A stretch of 64,000 nt of DNA from Heptranchias perlo (lineage: Eukaryota), in NCBI RefSeq assembly GCF_035084215.1, contig NC_090333.1:58652001-58716000 (forward strand). Reading direction: 5' to 3'. The first letter of the stretch is position 1. Each line of letters begins with the position of its first letter. The position numbers and the translations under genes were made by a program. Shown one piece after another: positions 1 through 10,563 of this stretch. The notes beneath the pieces are model-generated. The model saw only the letters and a program-made list of their open reading frames with translations, was not told the DNA's origin and ran no database searches.

Positions 1-629
1 CGCCAGCAGCTTTCAAAGCACTATGCATTTATCAACATTAAAGGCAAGTTAAGAAACTAAAAGCTTCCAATACTTGAGTTAAAAAGAGACGTTTGGTTTG
101 CTAAGGCATCTAAATACTATATAACTGTAGAGTATAAGGAATTTAATTACTTGTAAAGAATATCTGTTCTTTACAAATTAGATGGGAAAAACAGGTGGAT
201 CGGATGGTGATTAGATTATGGTCTGAAATCAGGTGGCCGCAAATGAGGCGGACTAGTGCCCAAAAAATAAGCAAGGGAGTCCCAGTTGCCCTATTTATTG
301 GGTGAAAGACCCAAAAATCATGTCTTAAACACTCCATGAACAGTGAAAGAAAATGAAGATCAGATAAAGAAAAAAAATGGCACATGGACCTGGATAACTC
401 ACACCACAGGGCTACCAGTGGTGGGAAGCCTGCAACTACAGCATGACAGGCACATAGGCTTTTCCTGTTATAAAAAGGTTTACATTCCTTTCATTACTTT
501 TCCTATTAGAAATGTTTATTTACCAAATTACATGATAAATGTTGACATAAAAAGTATTACTCAAAAATTGTGATAATGAAGTAAAGTTTGTGCAGAGGAA
601 GTATGCACCCTAATGTCTTGTGTATGGAG

Positions 630-1448
630 CATAGAATCATAGAATCATAGAAGTTACAACATGGAAACAGGCCCTTCGGCCCAACATGTCCATGTCGCCC
701 AGTTTATACCACTAAGCTAGTCCCAATTGCCTGCACTTGGCCCATATCCCTCTATACCCATCTTACCCATGTAACTGTCCAAATGCTTTTTAAAAGACAA
801 AATTGTACCCGCCTCTACTACTGCCTCTGGCAGCTCGTTCCAGACACTCACCACCCTTTGAGTGAAAAAATTGCCCCTCTGGACCCTTTTGTATCTCTCC
901 CCTCTCACCTTAAATCTATGCCCCCTCGTTATAGACTCCCCTACCTTTGGGAAAAGATTTTGACTATCGACCTTATCTATGCCCCTCATTATTTTATAGA
1001 CTTCTATAAGATCACCCCTTAACCTCCTACTCTCCAGGGAAAAAAGTCCCAGTCTGTCTAACCTCTCCCTGTAAGTCAAACCATCAAGTCCCGGTAGCAT
1101 CCTAGTAAATCTTTTCTGCACTCTTTCTAGTTTAATAATATCCTTTCTATAATAGGGTGACCAGAACTGTACACAGTACTCCAAGTGTGGCCTCACCAAT
1201 GCCCTGTACAACTTCAACAAGACATCCCAACTCCTGCATTCAATGTTCTGACCAATGAAACCAAGCATGCCGAATGCCTTCTTCACCACCCTATCCACCT
1301 GTGACTCCACTTTCAAGGAGCTATGAATCTGTACTCCTAGATCTCTTTGTTCTATAACTCTCCCCAACGCCCTACCATTAACGGAGTAGGTCCTGGCCCG
1401 ATTCGATCTACCAAAATGCATCACCTCACATTTATCTAAATTAAACTT
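630..1448 (-). mobile_element. CR1-clade LINE 3' fragment (RT C-terminus and (TTCTATGA)n tail)
   Basis: ORF 717..1613 contains CR1 motifs KCEVMHFG, LVRPHLEYCVQFWSP and RRLRGDLIEVYK, uninterrupted from ~1446 to 717. The tail repeat catagaat lies at 630-652. Confidence 0.93.
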
Positions 1449-1923
1449 CCTCTGCAAAGAACAATTCCAAACATGTTCCATTTTTTTATATGTATAGATA
1501 GTAGTCCTGTGGCGTGAGTTATGCAGGTTCATCTGCTGTGTATATCTGATGTATACATAAAAAGTAGAACATGCTTGGAATTGTTTTCTGTACAGCACTG
1601 TAGTACTCCCCATTCATTCAGAAGTTTTCAAAAATGATGGAGGTTGGTAATGTTGATCCGGACAATTTTTTCATGCTGATGAATGTTTCAAAAACTAAGG
1701 GACATCAATTAAAAATTCGGAGTAAGGAAGGAGGGCATGTAGAACTGTTTCCCATGAAGGATAACAGACAAATGAAGGAAGGCCATTGAAGCAAATTATA
1801 CAAATAGCTTCAGAAGATAACTGAATATGATTCGAGTAAGAGGGCTTAGATGGTTATGGTGAGGTGATTAAAAAAAAAGCAAGTATCAGTGCATATTCAA
1901 AAATAAATCACAAATTAAATTAC

Positions 1924-1954
1924 CTTGAAATTGTAAATCATCTGCAGCTGCCAT
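1924..1954 (-). CDS. YIPF1: YIPF1 first coding exon (MAAADDLQFQ..., 31 coding nt). Exon spans 1924-2004; the rest of the gene lies left of the window
   Basis: Minus strand reads ATG GCA GCT GCA GAT GAT TTA CAA TTT CAA G|GTA, matching the vertebrate YIPF1 N-terminus (MAAVDDLQF). Acceptor ttttgcAG is at 2005-2006. The gene is head-to-head with DIO1, as in other vertebrates. Confidence 0.85.
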
Positions 1955-2389
1955 TTACTTGATTGTTAGAAATATCAAATAATCAACAAAAAGATCTTTT
2001 GTCTCTGCAAAATAAAAATACTGCGTTACATAGTGTTTCAGCCCAGGGAGGTGACAACTCACTCAGACTACTATAAAACTTCTGCTTAACCCAAAGCATG
2101 AAATTTTTTCCTGATATAAAATATCCCATGCAAAAATATGTATAAAAATATCCAAAAGAAACATCACAAAAGTTAATATAAAAATTATCTGTTACACAAA
2201 TTGGCAATAAAAGACTCACAGGTTCACATTTCAACAAATTGTTCCTATACTGTGTGCAAGCTAAAATTCTTTTTAGCTGATCAGGAGCTTTTATAAAGAA
2301 TGCATTACATTGCTGTCCTTGATAACATGTTAGACTAAGCAGGCATGTACTATAGTTAAGCACGCAACACACCATCTGCAGATGATTTT

Positions 2390-2800
2390 CAGTATTGGCT
2401 CCCCAATGTCAATTAAGGCTGTGCCATTCAGATCAGAAAAGTCACAGATTCGATCCCTGCTCTGTGTTGTTATCCAATCTTAGTTGGGCAGCAGAGGGGT
2501 GCTATGATTGGCTTCAGCATCCCTAGTTTGGGGAAGGGAAAATGCCAGGGTTTCCACTTCTAATCTTTAAACCAGTGACCCTTGCTGGAACTGCACATTT
2601 GTAGGACATTAGTTGAGGACAAGATTCAGCTCAGCTGTGATGCGCTCACTGTCAAATAGCTTGCCAATGCTCACTATCATGCACGAAGAGCAGCCACTTG
2701 GATAAGTAAATGGAGTGCAAGTGGCACCAGTGGGGTGGTACCCTGGCAAAGGAGTCATTGCCCTCATAGGAGAGAAAATTGACAAAAATAAAATAATTCA
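2390..2800 (+). mobile_element. Decayed tRNA-derived SINE (LmeSINE1-like from recalled consensus). Further copies at ~6015-6170(-), 6920-7270, 7500-7770, 24990-25240, 31300-31760(-), 36090-36350(-), 45170-45345 plus 46690-46750, 50810-51090 and 63310-63610(-)
   Basis: The blocks gatccctg..tctgtg, ttggcctcagc..ccct, ccagtgacccctgctggaa and ctcagctgtgatgc recur in many diverged copies in this window. Confidence 0.6.
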
Positions 2801-3559
2801 ATATAACAAGCCACCAGTATCTACCTAACCTAAGTTGAATAATTTTATTGGACTTTTTGAAGGCACTAACCCTGGTTGGTCCTACAGCAATGGCAGAATG
2901 ACTGCAGGATCTCGAAGCATAGCCTAGATTTTTACGAGAAAAAAACTTAAGGCAAATAAGACCTTCAGCCTAGTAAAACCAGTTAATTACAAGTGGTCAG
3001 AATTGTTGATGGCCAATTCGTGTGACTGGTGTTGTTACTCTTGTAACTGGAAGACTCCACTAGTCTTCCACGAGGGAACCTATTCTTTAAAGGTGCTAAG
3101 TCTAATCATGAATTCCAAGCAGACTTGATTTGAAGGTTAGGAATTGAACCCGTTTGTCAAACTACTTGAGGCATTACTACAGACAACACAGAGATGATAA
3201 ATCAGTAGTGAACCCAATAGAAAGGGCCTTTAGCAATCGCAGACAGAACAAGTTCCCATTCTCCCCTCCTTCTCCTTACGGGGACCAGTGAGCTTCATGC
3301 GGCCCATCTTATTAATTCCCAGTTGAATCATCGGATAGTGATATTGCCTTTGGACAGACTGTCTGTTAATGGTGTCCTTATCCTGGGGAGGAGGAGGGGG
3401 TACGTTGCCCAGAACCACTAATCGCCACCATGTACACAAGGGCCATGTAGTCTCAGGGCCGTTGGAGGGGATACTTGGGGGGGGGGGGGGGGGTCGGTTA
3501 CCATGGTGATCATTAAAGCCCCCCCCTCTTTATTACTATGGAAAAGGTCACGTTGGCAT

Positions 3560-4259
3560 GGAAACAGGCCGAGGCCTCCCTCACCGCGGGCTCGGAGCAG
3601 GTCCCTCCGGGCGGCGGCCCGTGTTTATATCCGCCTGACGCGGATGTAACCCGCTACCTTTCGATCCGCCCATTACACCCGGAATCGAGAGGGCGGGTCG
3701 GGAGAATGGCTACCTGCTGGAGCCGGAGCCGCCGGGATCCGAAGCCCAGGAGCGGGGAGCGGGGGTCGAACCACAGCGACACGTCAACGTCAGCCCAGCG
3801 CCCGCACTTAAAGGGATTGTCACTCAGGGAGGGCCCGGCGGATTTTAATACGCCGACAGATATATTGCCGGACCTTCTTGAGTGTTACGTTAAATAGCAC
3901 ACCCTGCACTTGGTCAGCTAGCCTGTGCCGCACACGTTACTTACTCGGGTAATTTTGTATTGACTTTGGCAGTAACAAGTTTGAGACAGCTAACGACACA
4001 ATTATTTACTTTGGACTCTACAGTTTTACTCACTTCAATTATTCTCCTCTACAGATGCGGAGAAAGCGGCCAGTTTATCTGCATTAAATTAATTCCAGTT
4101 TGCACCTCTTACTATCTGAGATTCCGACCAACGCTTCCGCCGAATTAGGTCCCACGGAAATGATGTAGTTTCAGTAGCAATTGAAATGTGAGCACTTCGG
4201 GTGTATTACACACAAGCTTCCTGAACACAGTAGTGAGCGACTAGTAGCCTTTCGTGGAC
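3560..4259. promoter_or_regulatory. CpG-rich bidirectional promoter region of YIPF1/DIO1, with candidate non-coding YIPF1 exon 1 donors at 3713 or 3944
   Basis: Locally high CpG content, GC boxes (gggcgg) and ETS-like cttccg/cggaa motifs between divergent genes. Minus-strand GTAAGT lies at 3944-3939. Confidence 0.55.
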
Positions 4260-4590
4260 ATGGGGAAATTGGCTGTGTACATGCAGACTCTGGTCATGCT
4301 AGTCTGTATTTGTGTGCAGTATTTAATAGGCAAAATTATGATGTTTGTCTTTCCTGAAGCTGTGAAGAAGTTCATGCTAAAAGTTGGGTTGAAAACCACC
4401 ATGACTCAAAACCCAAAGTTCAAGTACGAAGACTGGGGACCAACATTCTTCAATTTGCGCGTTGTGAAGATAATGATTAATCATACACTAATGAATTGCA
4501 CAGATGAAGCTTTTGTGGGTTCCTCTGCTCCCAATGCACGGGTCATTGACTTGGAGAATAAAGAATATAAAGTACTTGATTTCTTGAAAG
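4260..4590 (+). CDS. DIO1: Type I iodothyronine deiodinase, exon 1
   Basis: ATG at 4260. Encodes an N-terminal TM segment, MTQNPKFKYEDWGPTFF and APN...LDFLKG. Donor G|GTATGT at 4591 (phase 1). Confidence 0.95.
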
Positions 4591-4689
4591 GTATGTATGA
4601 ATTAAACGTAAGCCATGTGGTAACAATAGGAATTCTTCTGAAAACTGTAACATGCTCAAGGTTATGTGTTTTTCGAGTTCAGCAAATGC

Positions 4690-4880
4690 ACTGCCTCTCT
4701 TCCACGGCTTTGTCTGCACCCGGGTAGCCCTGGAGAGCTGGTACGCTGGAGACCTTCCGCGACCGGTGGGCACCGCAGTGACTGGAGTGCTTGGTTGATA
4801 CAGGACATATGTTAAGTTTCTTTTTGTCTTTTGTATAATTTGGGTGATATTAGTTCTGCTCCTCCTAAAAGGAGCACTTT
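4690..4880 (+). mobile_element. Tx1-like LINE 3' fragment in DIO1 intron 1
   Basis: Homologous to 51320-51540 (ctgcctctct...cgggtagccctggagag...ttccgcgac.ggtgggcaccgcag.gactggagtgc). Confidence 0.7.
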
Positions 4881-5419
4881 TGACAGACTTTTTAGTTGAT
4901 TTACGGGTTCACCAAAAGAGGCAATTGCATTTAACCTATTGTGTAATCCGTGGTTTAAAAATGTAACCGGATCCCTTGATGGTAAAAGCACAACATGATT
5001 GCGGGAATGAGCCATACAGTTCGGAAAGGTGCTGGGATAGATCTGTACTGAGTTAGCCGGGTCAGCATTTGTAACATTCTTCTATTTAAGATTAGGGTAA
5101 ACGAATTCAATCTTGTGTGGACTCTACATAAATAACTTATGTAGGTGTGCCCCACCCTAGGTTCTGTATATTATGCAATGAAGTGCAGGGGAGCTGAGGA
5201 ATTTTATCTGTAATCTGCAATCACTCAATGTCTCTAATGCAATTCAGGCAAATACACCCATACTCATATTTCTAAACAAGCCACACCTCACTGGTGTTTA
5301 AGCAACCAAGCATGCAAGGCAGAACTTTTATGGGAGCGAGATAGTGTTATCACCCAGAGCTGAGGTTCTGTTCATGTATCCCTAGTCTTGAGTGTTACAC
5401 TAATGAGTACAATAATGGA

Positions 5420-5647
5420 TGATTGTAAACAATTTTACAACACCAAGTTATAGTCCAACAATTTTATTTTTAATCCCACAAGCTTTCGGAGGCTTCCTCC
5501 TTCCTCAGGTGACCGTTCACCTGAGGAAGGAGGAAGCCTCCGAAAGCTTGTGGGATTAAAAATAAAATTGTTGGACTATAACTTGGTGTTGTAAAATTGT
5601 TTACAATTGTCAACCCCAGTCCATCACCGGCATCTCCACATCATGGC
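5420..5647 (+). mobile_element. Palindromic Penelope-like pseudo-LTR insertion, copy A
   Basis: Perfect ~91-bp inverted arms (5422-5512 and 5517-5607), a unique tail at 5608-5643, and a 12-bp TSD TACAATAATGGA (5408-5419, 5648-5659). Confidence 0.85.
5517..5552 (+). ncRNA. Minimal type I hammerhead ribozyme motif, mirrored on the minus strand at 5477-5512
   Basis: CAC-CTGAGGA-A-GGAGG-aag-CCTCC-GAAA-GC-TT-GTG gives the CUGANGA/GAAA/UH core, stem I CAC/GTG, a 5-bp stem II and a palindromic minimal stem III. Confidence 0.7.
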
Positions 5648-6680
5648 TACAATAATGGAGTTATAGACTATGTGTTCCTGTAGGTTGCTTTTCAATTACA
5701 ATATTATGCGTTTGGTACTTGGATTCCTATTCAAAGCTGATGCTGGCTTTTTACCAAGAGATTAAGTTGGTCTATGTTGTGTTGAAATAGGCCAGCATGC
5801 ATATAGCTGAAAGCTCTCCGGTAGCTTAGTGGGTAAATGCACTGTGATACAAAGCCTTACTCGCCCCTTAAATTGTTTCAATACCAATATATGAGATATG
5901 CTCAGTACCTCACCCAACATTCTTCAAGTGTATGTTGGTGAGCTATTTAACCCATAGAGGTCATTGAAGCCAAGTCCAAGCCTGACCGTGCAAATACGCT
6001 TTCCAGAAGAGGTCACTTGATGTCAAAGGAATGGGCACTTTGGGTATATTTCCCAACCCTAGCCTGGGGCACTGAGGCCAATTGCAGCACCTCAACTGCT
6101 GAGGTCGGCGAACTGAAAACAGAACCTGGGATCTTATGGTCTGTATGGCTCGTCGCCACATACTGTGTAAATCAGCGTTTCCCAAACTATTTTGGCTCCG
6201 ACCCCACAGTAGTGAAGGCGAGCATTCTCATGCCCCTTATAAATGTAAACATTAGATATTTGTTAATAACTTACAAAATATAAAACAAAGTTCAATAAAT
6301 CACAGTATAAAAATAAAATATACTGTTTTCCTAATGGTGCTGGCTCCTCCCCTCCTGTAAGGCAGCTTTTCCCAAACTGTGGGGCGTGCCTCCTGGTGTG
6401 GAGAGGTCAGAAAAATAAAATATTTGCAGAAAAAACGACATTGAGGTGAATCCTAAAGTGAACACTTTTGCCGTCCTCCTTACACTTTACACGTAGCGGT
6501 TTGGGACACTGCCTTAGATTGGTAAATCCCTTTTATTGTTCAGTTGCAGTGTCTTATCATTCATTATTTTCATGGTGTATAGCTTACCTGATTTGGTATG
6601 GCAGGTAATGTATGTTTAAGAGTTGCATGCAGGATCCTCTGGCAGCTAACTCTCAGATTGACATTTTTTTTTCTTTCTAG

Positions 6681-6824
6681 GTAACAGACCACTTGTGTTG
6701 AATTTTGGAAGCTGCACTTGACCCCCGTTTCTTTTCAAGTTTGATGAGTTCAAACAGCTTGTCAAAGACTTTACTTCTGTAGCTGATTTCCTCATTATCT
6801 ACATTCAAGAGGCACATGCCACAG
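6681..6824 (+). CDS. DIO1: DIO1 exon 2 with selenocysteine codon TGA at 6719-6721
   Basis: ttctAG| then [48 protein letters not shown], ending G|GT. 144 nt, phase 1/1. Confidence 0.97.
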
Positions 6825-7299
6825 GTACAAAAAGATTTCTAGAAAAGAGCCTTTTGATTTTGCTAATCTTCCTCGCACTGTTTTAAAACTGTATCTTCAA
6901 TGTGCACCAAAGGCTTGGTGGTAGATGGCTTGCTCAGTATGGTACTGAGTATATATACCAGGAAGATCCAGTCTGCTGGTTAGCTGATCCAAGCTGGAGC
7001 TGGTTAGTACATGTCAGTTAGCTAAGCAGGAGAGAAATCCTCCAGGATTCCCCTACTGATCACTAGCCAATGAACCAAGTTGGAAATTGCATGTGTGTAT
7101 TAATGTTAGATGAGTGTGATTCCCTTCATGGTTAAATACCTCACCAACACTTGTTTAGGCTCAGTCATGAAGGATTGTCACTTGGGCAAAGTACCAAAGG
7201 ACAGCTGACTACTATGAAAGTGTGCACTTCGTGGGTCTGTGTCTTCAGGAGGGAAAAAATTAGGGGGAAGAGATTACATCCTTTAAGTGTAATTAAAAC

Positions 7300-7476
7300 T
7301 TTTTTTTTTATTATTCGTTAATGGGATGTGGGCGTTGCTGCCAGGGCCGGCATTTATTGCCCATCCCTAACTGCCCTTGAGAAGGTGGTGAACAACTGAG
7401 TGGCTTGCTAGGCCATTTCGGAGGGCGATTAAGAACCACCCACATTTCTGTGGGTCTGGAGTCACATTTCGGCCAG
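7300..7476 (-). mobile_element. 3' part of a bipartite SINE (LINE 5' segment joined to LINE 3' tail)
   Basis: Minus strand reads gtgactccagacccacag...gcctagcaagccactcagttgt joined to caccaccttctcaagggca.ttagggatgggcaataaatg. The first part matches ~54510-54594 and the second matches 14475-14559. Confidence 0.8.
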
Positions 7477-8086
7477 TTAATTGGCTTTAACACCCCTGAA
7501 TTACAGAAGGGGAAAATTGGCCAAAATTCCCTCTCCTGACCATTACACAGTGACTCCTATTGGAAGTGCATGTGCATGGAAACAGGTGAAGACTAGATTG
7601 GGTTCGGCTGTAGTATCCTCCACAGTCAGCTAGCCTGCAGGCATATATTGTCGTGGCTCACAAAAACAAATAATGGACATTTGGACAAGGGATTTGATTG
7701 TGGCTGCTACCCCTGGAACTGTACCCTAGTGAAGGAGTTAATGTCCTTTCAATAGGGGAAGAAATATAAAACCAAGCTTAGTATCCTCTAACCACTACTG
7801 TGATTTGTTTCATCTTCTCCTACATTTACCAATCCTGGTGGTGTCCTAAACAATGCATTTAGACCTTTAACCTAGGTTTCTTATCAAATTAAAAATTCAC
7901 CAGTTAGGCTTTCTTCTGTACAAAAGTGGAGTTTGAAGTGTTTCAGTTCCTGACAAGTTTGACCAGTTCTACACACTCCTAAGTTAAGAAATCATTTGTT
8001 TTCCATATCATCTACAGCAAAATTACATAAGCAAATACTGTAAAGATTACACAATACTTATTTAATTTTTTTGTTCTTTGTTCCAG

Positions 8087-8286
8087 ATGGCTGGGCTTTC
8101 AGAAACAACGTGGATGTCAAACAACATCAAACATTAAGCAATCGTTTCAACGCGGCAAGGCTGTTGCTAAATGAAGAACCACCTTGTCCCGTGGTAGTGG
8201 ACACTATGGACAATGTGACTAGTGCCAAATATGCAGCTATGCCAGAGAGACTATATGTGGTGCTTAATGGCAAAATCATTTACAAG
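8087..8286 (+). CDS. DIO1: DIO1 exon 3
   Basis: ttccAG| then [15 protein letters not shown]...[11 protein letters not shown]...[19 protein letters not shown]|GTAA. 200 nt. Confidence 0.96.
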
Positions 8287-8732
8287 GTAACAAGTACTCT
8301 GACACGCAAAGATTACTTTGCAGGTTAAATCCATCCTCATGATGAAACCGATGCCCATTTATTTAATGGTTTTACTACTAGATTTTGAGTTGATATTTTG
8401 TTTCTGCCCAAGCCAAGGAGCACGGGCTAATAAATTTGATTTCCACACCCGCACCCCCCCCCCCCCCCCCCCACAACCCCCTGCCTTTTCCTGAAGGAGC
8501 CGATTCATGCTGGGTTGCAATTCCATAGGTGTCTGCAGCCATCTAGTAATCCAGTCCAAAGCTGCTATGGTTTGATTGCTGAACAATTGTCCTTCTGCCC
8601 TGCTTGTTGTCTTGCTATGCTTTCTGTCTCTAACTCAACCATGCTGTTCAAAAATGAGTAAAGAGCAGCAACATGCTCACAGCGTTAATTATTTTTATTC
8701 CCATACTCTAAGAAGAAAATAGCTGTACACGA

Positions 8733-9905
8733 TAGAATCATAGAAAGTTATGGCACAGAAGGAGGCCATTCGGCCCATCATATGGGTGCCGGCCGAGAAA
8801 GAGCTATCCAATTTAATCCCACTTTCCGGCCCTTGGTCCGTAGCCCTGTAGGTTATGGCACTTCAAGTACTTTTTAAATGAGTGGAGGGTTTCTGCCTCA
8901 ACTCCCGTTCAGGCAGTGAGTCCCAGACCCCCACCATCCTCTGGGTGAAAAAACTGCTCCTTAGCTCCCCTCTAATCCTTCTACCAATTACTTTAAATCT
9001 ATGCCCCCTGGTCATTGACCCCTCTGCCAAGGGAAATAGGTCCTCCCTATCCACTCCTGTCATAATTTTAGATACCTCAATTAAATCTCCCCTCAGCCTC
9101 CTTCGTTCGAAAGAAAACATCCCCAGCCTATCCAATCTTTTCTCATAGCTAAAATTCTCCAGCCCTGGCAACATCCTCATAAATCTCCTCTGTACCCTCT
9201 CTAGTGCAATCACATCTTTCTTGTAATGTGGTGACCAGAACTGTATGCAGTACTCAAGCTGTGGCCTAACCAATGTTTTATCCAGTTCTAGCATAACCTC
9301 CCTGCTCTTATATTCTGTGCCTCAGCTAATAAAGGAAAGTATCCTGTATGCCTTTTTAACCACCTTATCTACCCATCCTGCTACATTCAGGGATCTGTGG
9401 ACATGCACTCCAAGGTCCCTCTGTTCCTCTACACCTCTCAGTATCCTCCCATTTATTGTGTACTCCCTTGCCTTGTTTGCCCTCCCCAAACGCATTACCT
9501 CACACTTCTCTGGATTGAATTCCATTTGGCACTTTTCTGCCCACCTGACCAGTCCATTGATATCTTCCTGCAGTCTACAACTTTCCACCTCATTACCAAC
9601 CACATGGCTAATTTTTGTATCATCTGCAAACTTCTTGATCAAGCCCCCCACATTCAAGTCCAAATCATTAATATAAACAATTATCATTAACAAAAAGCAA
9701 GGGACCTAGTACCGAGCCTTGCAGAACCCCACTGGAAACAGCCTTCCAGTCACAAAAACACCCGTCAACCATTACCCTTTGCTTCCTACCACTGAGCCAA
9801 TTTTGGATCCAACTAGCCAGTTTCCCTTAGATCCCTTGAGCTTTTACTTTTTTGACCAGTCTGCCATGTGGGACCTTATCAAAAGCCTTGCTAAAATCCA
9901 TGTAC
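8733..9905 (-). mobile_element. CR1 LINE fragment (frameshifted RT) in DIO1 intron 3
   Basis: ORFs 9322..9693 (YINDLD...KFADDTK) and 8863..9294 (LVRPQLEYCIQFWSP). tagaatcatag tail at 8733. Confidence 0.92.
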
Positions 9906-10304
9906 ACTACACTATAAAATGTTTAAATTTCTATATACTGTATTAGGACTAACTGAGTATATTGCTAATGTTAATTATAGAAGGATGTGTTTATACCATT
10001 TTTATTTAGGATTTTATTAAACTTATAAAAAAAATGTTTTAAAAGGCAGTAATACCAATCTTATATAGTGTTGTATACTGGGGACAGATTTGTGGGTGCA
10101 GCAGGATAATCACCATCAGTACAATGTCATGAATGAGAAAGGTAGAATAAGGTAGGTATTTGTTCTGGGAGAGGAGAGTCCCTCAAATTTGTTGGCTCAC
10201 AGACAAGGCAGGTCAATGAATCATCAATCTCTGGCAGAGATGAAGAAACAAAAAAGGGTGTTTAAATCATCTGTATAACTTATTGTTTTCGTTTTGTTTT
10301 TCAG

Positions 10305-10370
10305 GGTGAAAGGGGACCATGGGGATATAAACTAGAAGAAGTACGATTAGTTTTGCAAAACCTAAGTTAA
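10305..10370 (+). CDS. DIO1: DIO1 exon 4 (last coding exon)
   Basis: tttcAG| then GERGPWGYKLEEVRLVLQNLS*. The four exons sum to 741 nt (246 aa plus stop). Confidence 0.95.
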   Translation, partial: GERGPWGYKLEEVRLVLQNLS

Positions 10371-10487
10371 ACCACTAGGTGACAGAACCACTACCACCAG
10401 GAAGCACTGGTGCAATCTGAAGAGAAAGCTTTCAGACGCACTCATATGAACAAATGAAACAATACATATAAACAAATCAAAGTAGTT

Positions 10488-10563
10488 TTCTTTTCCATAT
10501 TAATGATTTTCTCAGTTTTAAATTGCTACGATTGGGATTTGATAATTTGAATATGGAAGAAAG
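10488..10563 (+). promoter_or_regulatory. SECIS element (form 1) in the DIO1 3'UTR
   Basis: Helix I TCCATATT/AATATGGA, core ATGAT (10503) / TGAT (10540), helix II TCTCAGTT/GATTGGGA and apical AAA at 10520-10522. Spacing matches the mammalian DIO1 SECIS as I recall it. Confidence 0.85.

Noticed and set aside
5420-5647. CRISPR array, terminator or classical DNA-transposon MITE
   Set aside because: The context is eukaryotic and there are no spacers. Variable 11-13 bp TSDs, a one-sided tail and variable inversion points fit Penelope retroposition rather than cut-and-paste.
6719-6721. Premature stop suggesting DIO1 is a pseudogene
   Set aside because: It is the conserved Sec codon position, a SECIS is present, and all exons are intact.
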